DNA of 35,889 nt from an uncultured euryarchaeote (GTDB taxonomy: Archaea > Halobacteriota > Halobacteria > Halobacteriales > Hikarchaeaceae), in NCBI GenBank assembly GCA_963932585.1, contig CAWVSO010000001.1, positions 1 through 35,889 of the forward strand, given 5' to 3'. Made by a program: the position numbers and the translations under genes. Below, piece by piece: positions 35,272 to 35,889 of the stretch. Numbering within the stretch: the first letter of the stretch is position 1; each line of letters starts with the position of its first letter. Under the pieces are notes generated by a model that worked only from the letters and a program-made list of their open reading frames with translations, did no database searches and had not been told where the DNA came from.

Positions 35272-35889
35272 ATGTCAAATTTTATATCCACAATTAAACA
35301 AACATCATCTCCCATTTTTTGGGTATATGAGGTGGCAGCTAAGCTTTCTTCAATAACATTAACTGAAATGGAGAACGATACAAATCTTCTTTATACTTCC
35401 TTATCAAACTCCGTGGATCTTTTCAATTTACCTGCCATCTGTACTTCTTTCGACACAACATTAGAAGCCGTATCTTTAGGGTGTAATATTTCTCAAAATG
35501 AAGGATATGTTAACAGCGTCGTTGACGCATTTAACATAGATGTAGACTCAGTTGTAACTAATGGGAGAATACCTATGATCTTAGATGTCATCTCTCGTCT
35601 CTCGGCTTCTCTTAACTGCTCAGTTTTAGGTAGCATATCATGCCCTAAAATTCTATCAAATTATCTATTATCTTCTTCTGGAAACCAAGATGAAGACACA
35701 ATAGAAGAACTATTTTTTGTTATTGGGGAGGTTCTTTCTTCACTTACTAATTCATATTTAGATTCGGGAGCAGATGGGATAGTTCTCCTAGCACCTGATG
35801 GTTTGTATCCCGAAAATCCTTTTTACATGAATTCGCTCTCTTCCTTATCTAATGTCCTTTCTCATTACGAAGCATCTGGAACAATTGTC
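35272..35889 (+). CDS. URO-D/MtaA-like (uroporphyrinogen decarboxylase family) protein, 3'-truncated by the window edge
   Basis: My own translation from the ATG at 35272 is stop-free for 206 codons to the window end; it is not in the ORF track because no stop is reached. The pattern resembles the URO-D/MtaA family: FDTTLEAVSLGCNI (substrate-side EA.G), NGRIPMILDVISRL...VLGSISCP and SGADGIVLLAPDG. The assignment is tentative. Confidence 0.5.
   Translation, partial: MSNFISTIKQTSSPIFWVYEVAAKLSSITLTEMENDTNLLYTSLSNSVDLFNLPAICTSFDTTLEAVSLGCNISQNEGYVNSVVDAFNIDVDSVVTNGRIPMILDVISRLSASLNCSVLGSISCPKILSNYLLSSSGNQDEDTIEELFFVIGEVLSSLTNSYLDSGADGIVLLAPDGLYPENPFYMNSLSSLSNVLSHYEASGTIV

Noticed and set aside
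1-35889. Search for CRISPR repeats, IS elements/transposases, integrases, prophage genes, inteins or defence-system genes
   Set aside because: None recognised. Every ORF above 150 aa has either a housekeeping assignment or is a plain membrane protein. aIF5B, LysRS, HisRS and the helicase are of normal length with no intein-like inserts. No long direct or inverted repeats flank any block.

Overview
This is an archaeal chromosomal core segment. It is AT-rich (roughly one-third G+C by eye, not computed) and extremely gene-dense. I can support 34 protein-coding genes, one running off the 3' edge. Most are separated by 0-170 nt. There are several start/stop overlaps (ATGA at hisS/truA and secF/secD, TAATG at pus10/rnhB). 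Three convergent gene pairs have stop codons that overlap or nearly touch. The archaeal assignment rests on hallmark genes: aIF5B, ribosomal protein eS19, a Nob1-type PIN endonuclease, Pus10, TrmY, class I LysRS, pyruvoyl-dependent arginine decarboxylase, archaeal-type UMP kinase and secF-before-secD order. The combination fits a euryarchaeal-type, probably uncultivated marine lineage, but that is inference only. Content is overwhelmingly housekeeping: translation, tRNA modification, aminoacyl-tRNA synthetases, protein export, peptidases and cofactor metabolism. I found no rRNA or tRNA gene, CRISPR array, transposase or integrase, and no recognisable defence or accessory island. I do not see convincing evidence for a novel multi-gene system here. 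The least explained sequence is the 243-nt spacer at 35029-35271. It carries a repeated CAGTCAGGT motif displayed in two hairpin loops, a complementary GACTG segment and twin MGAS mini-ORFs, upstream of a URO-D/MtaA-like gene, so it is a candidate cis-regulatory RNA. Other second-look items:
- a Nob1/PRC-barrel pair divergent from aIF5B, with a perfect 9-bp inverted repeat in the shared spacer
- the divergent Pus10/TrmY pair
- a MoaE fusion with an unassignable N-terminal domain
- a motif-rich spacer upstream of a small wHTH-like gene followed by a site-2 protease
- a PCD-domain ORF that stays open to the 5' window edge
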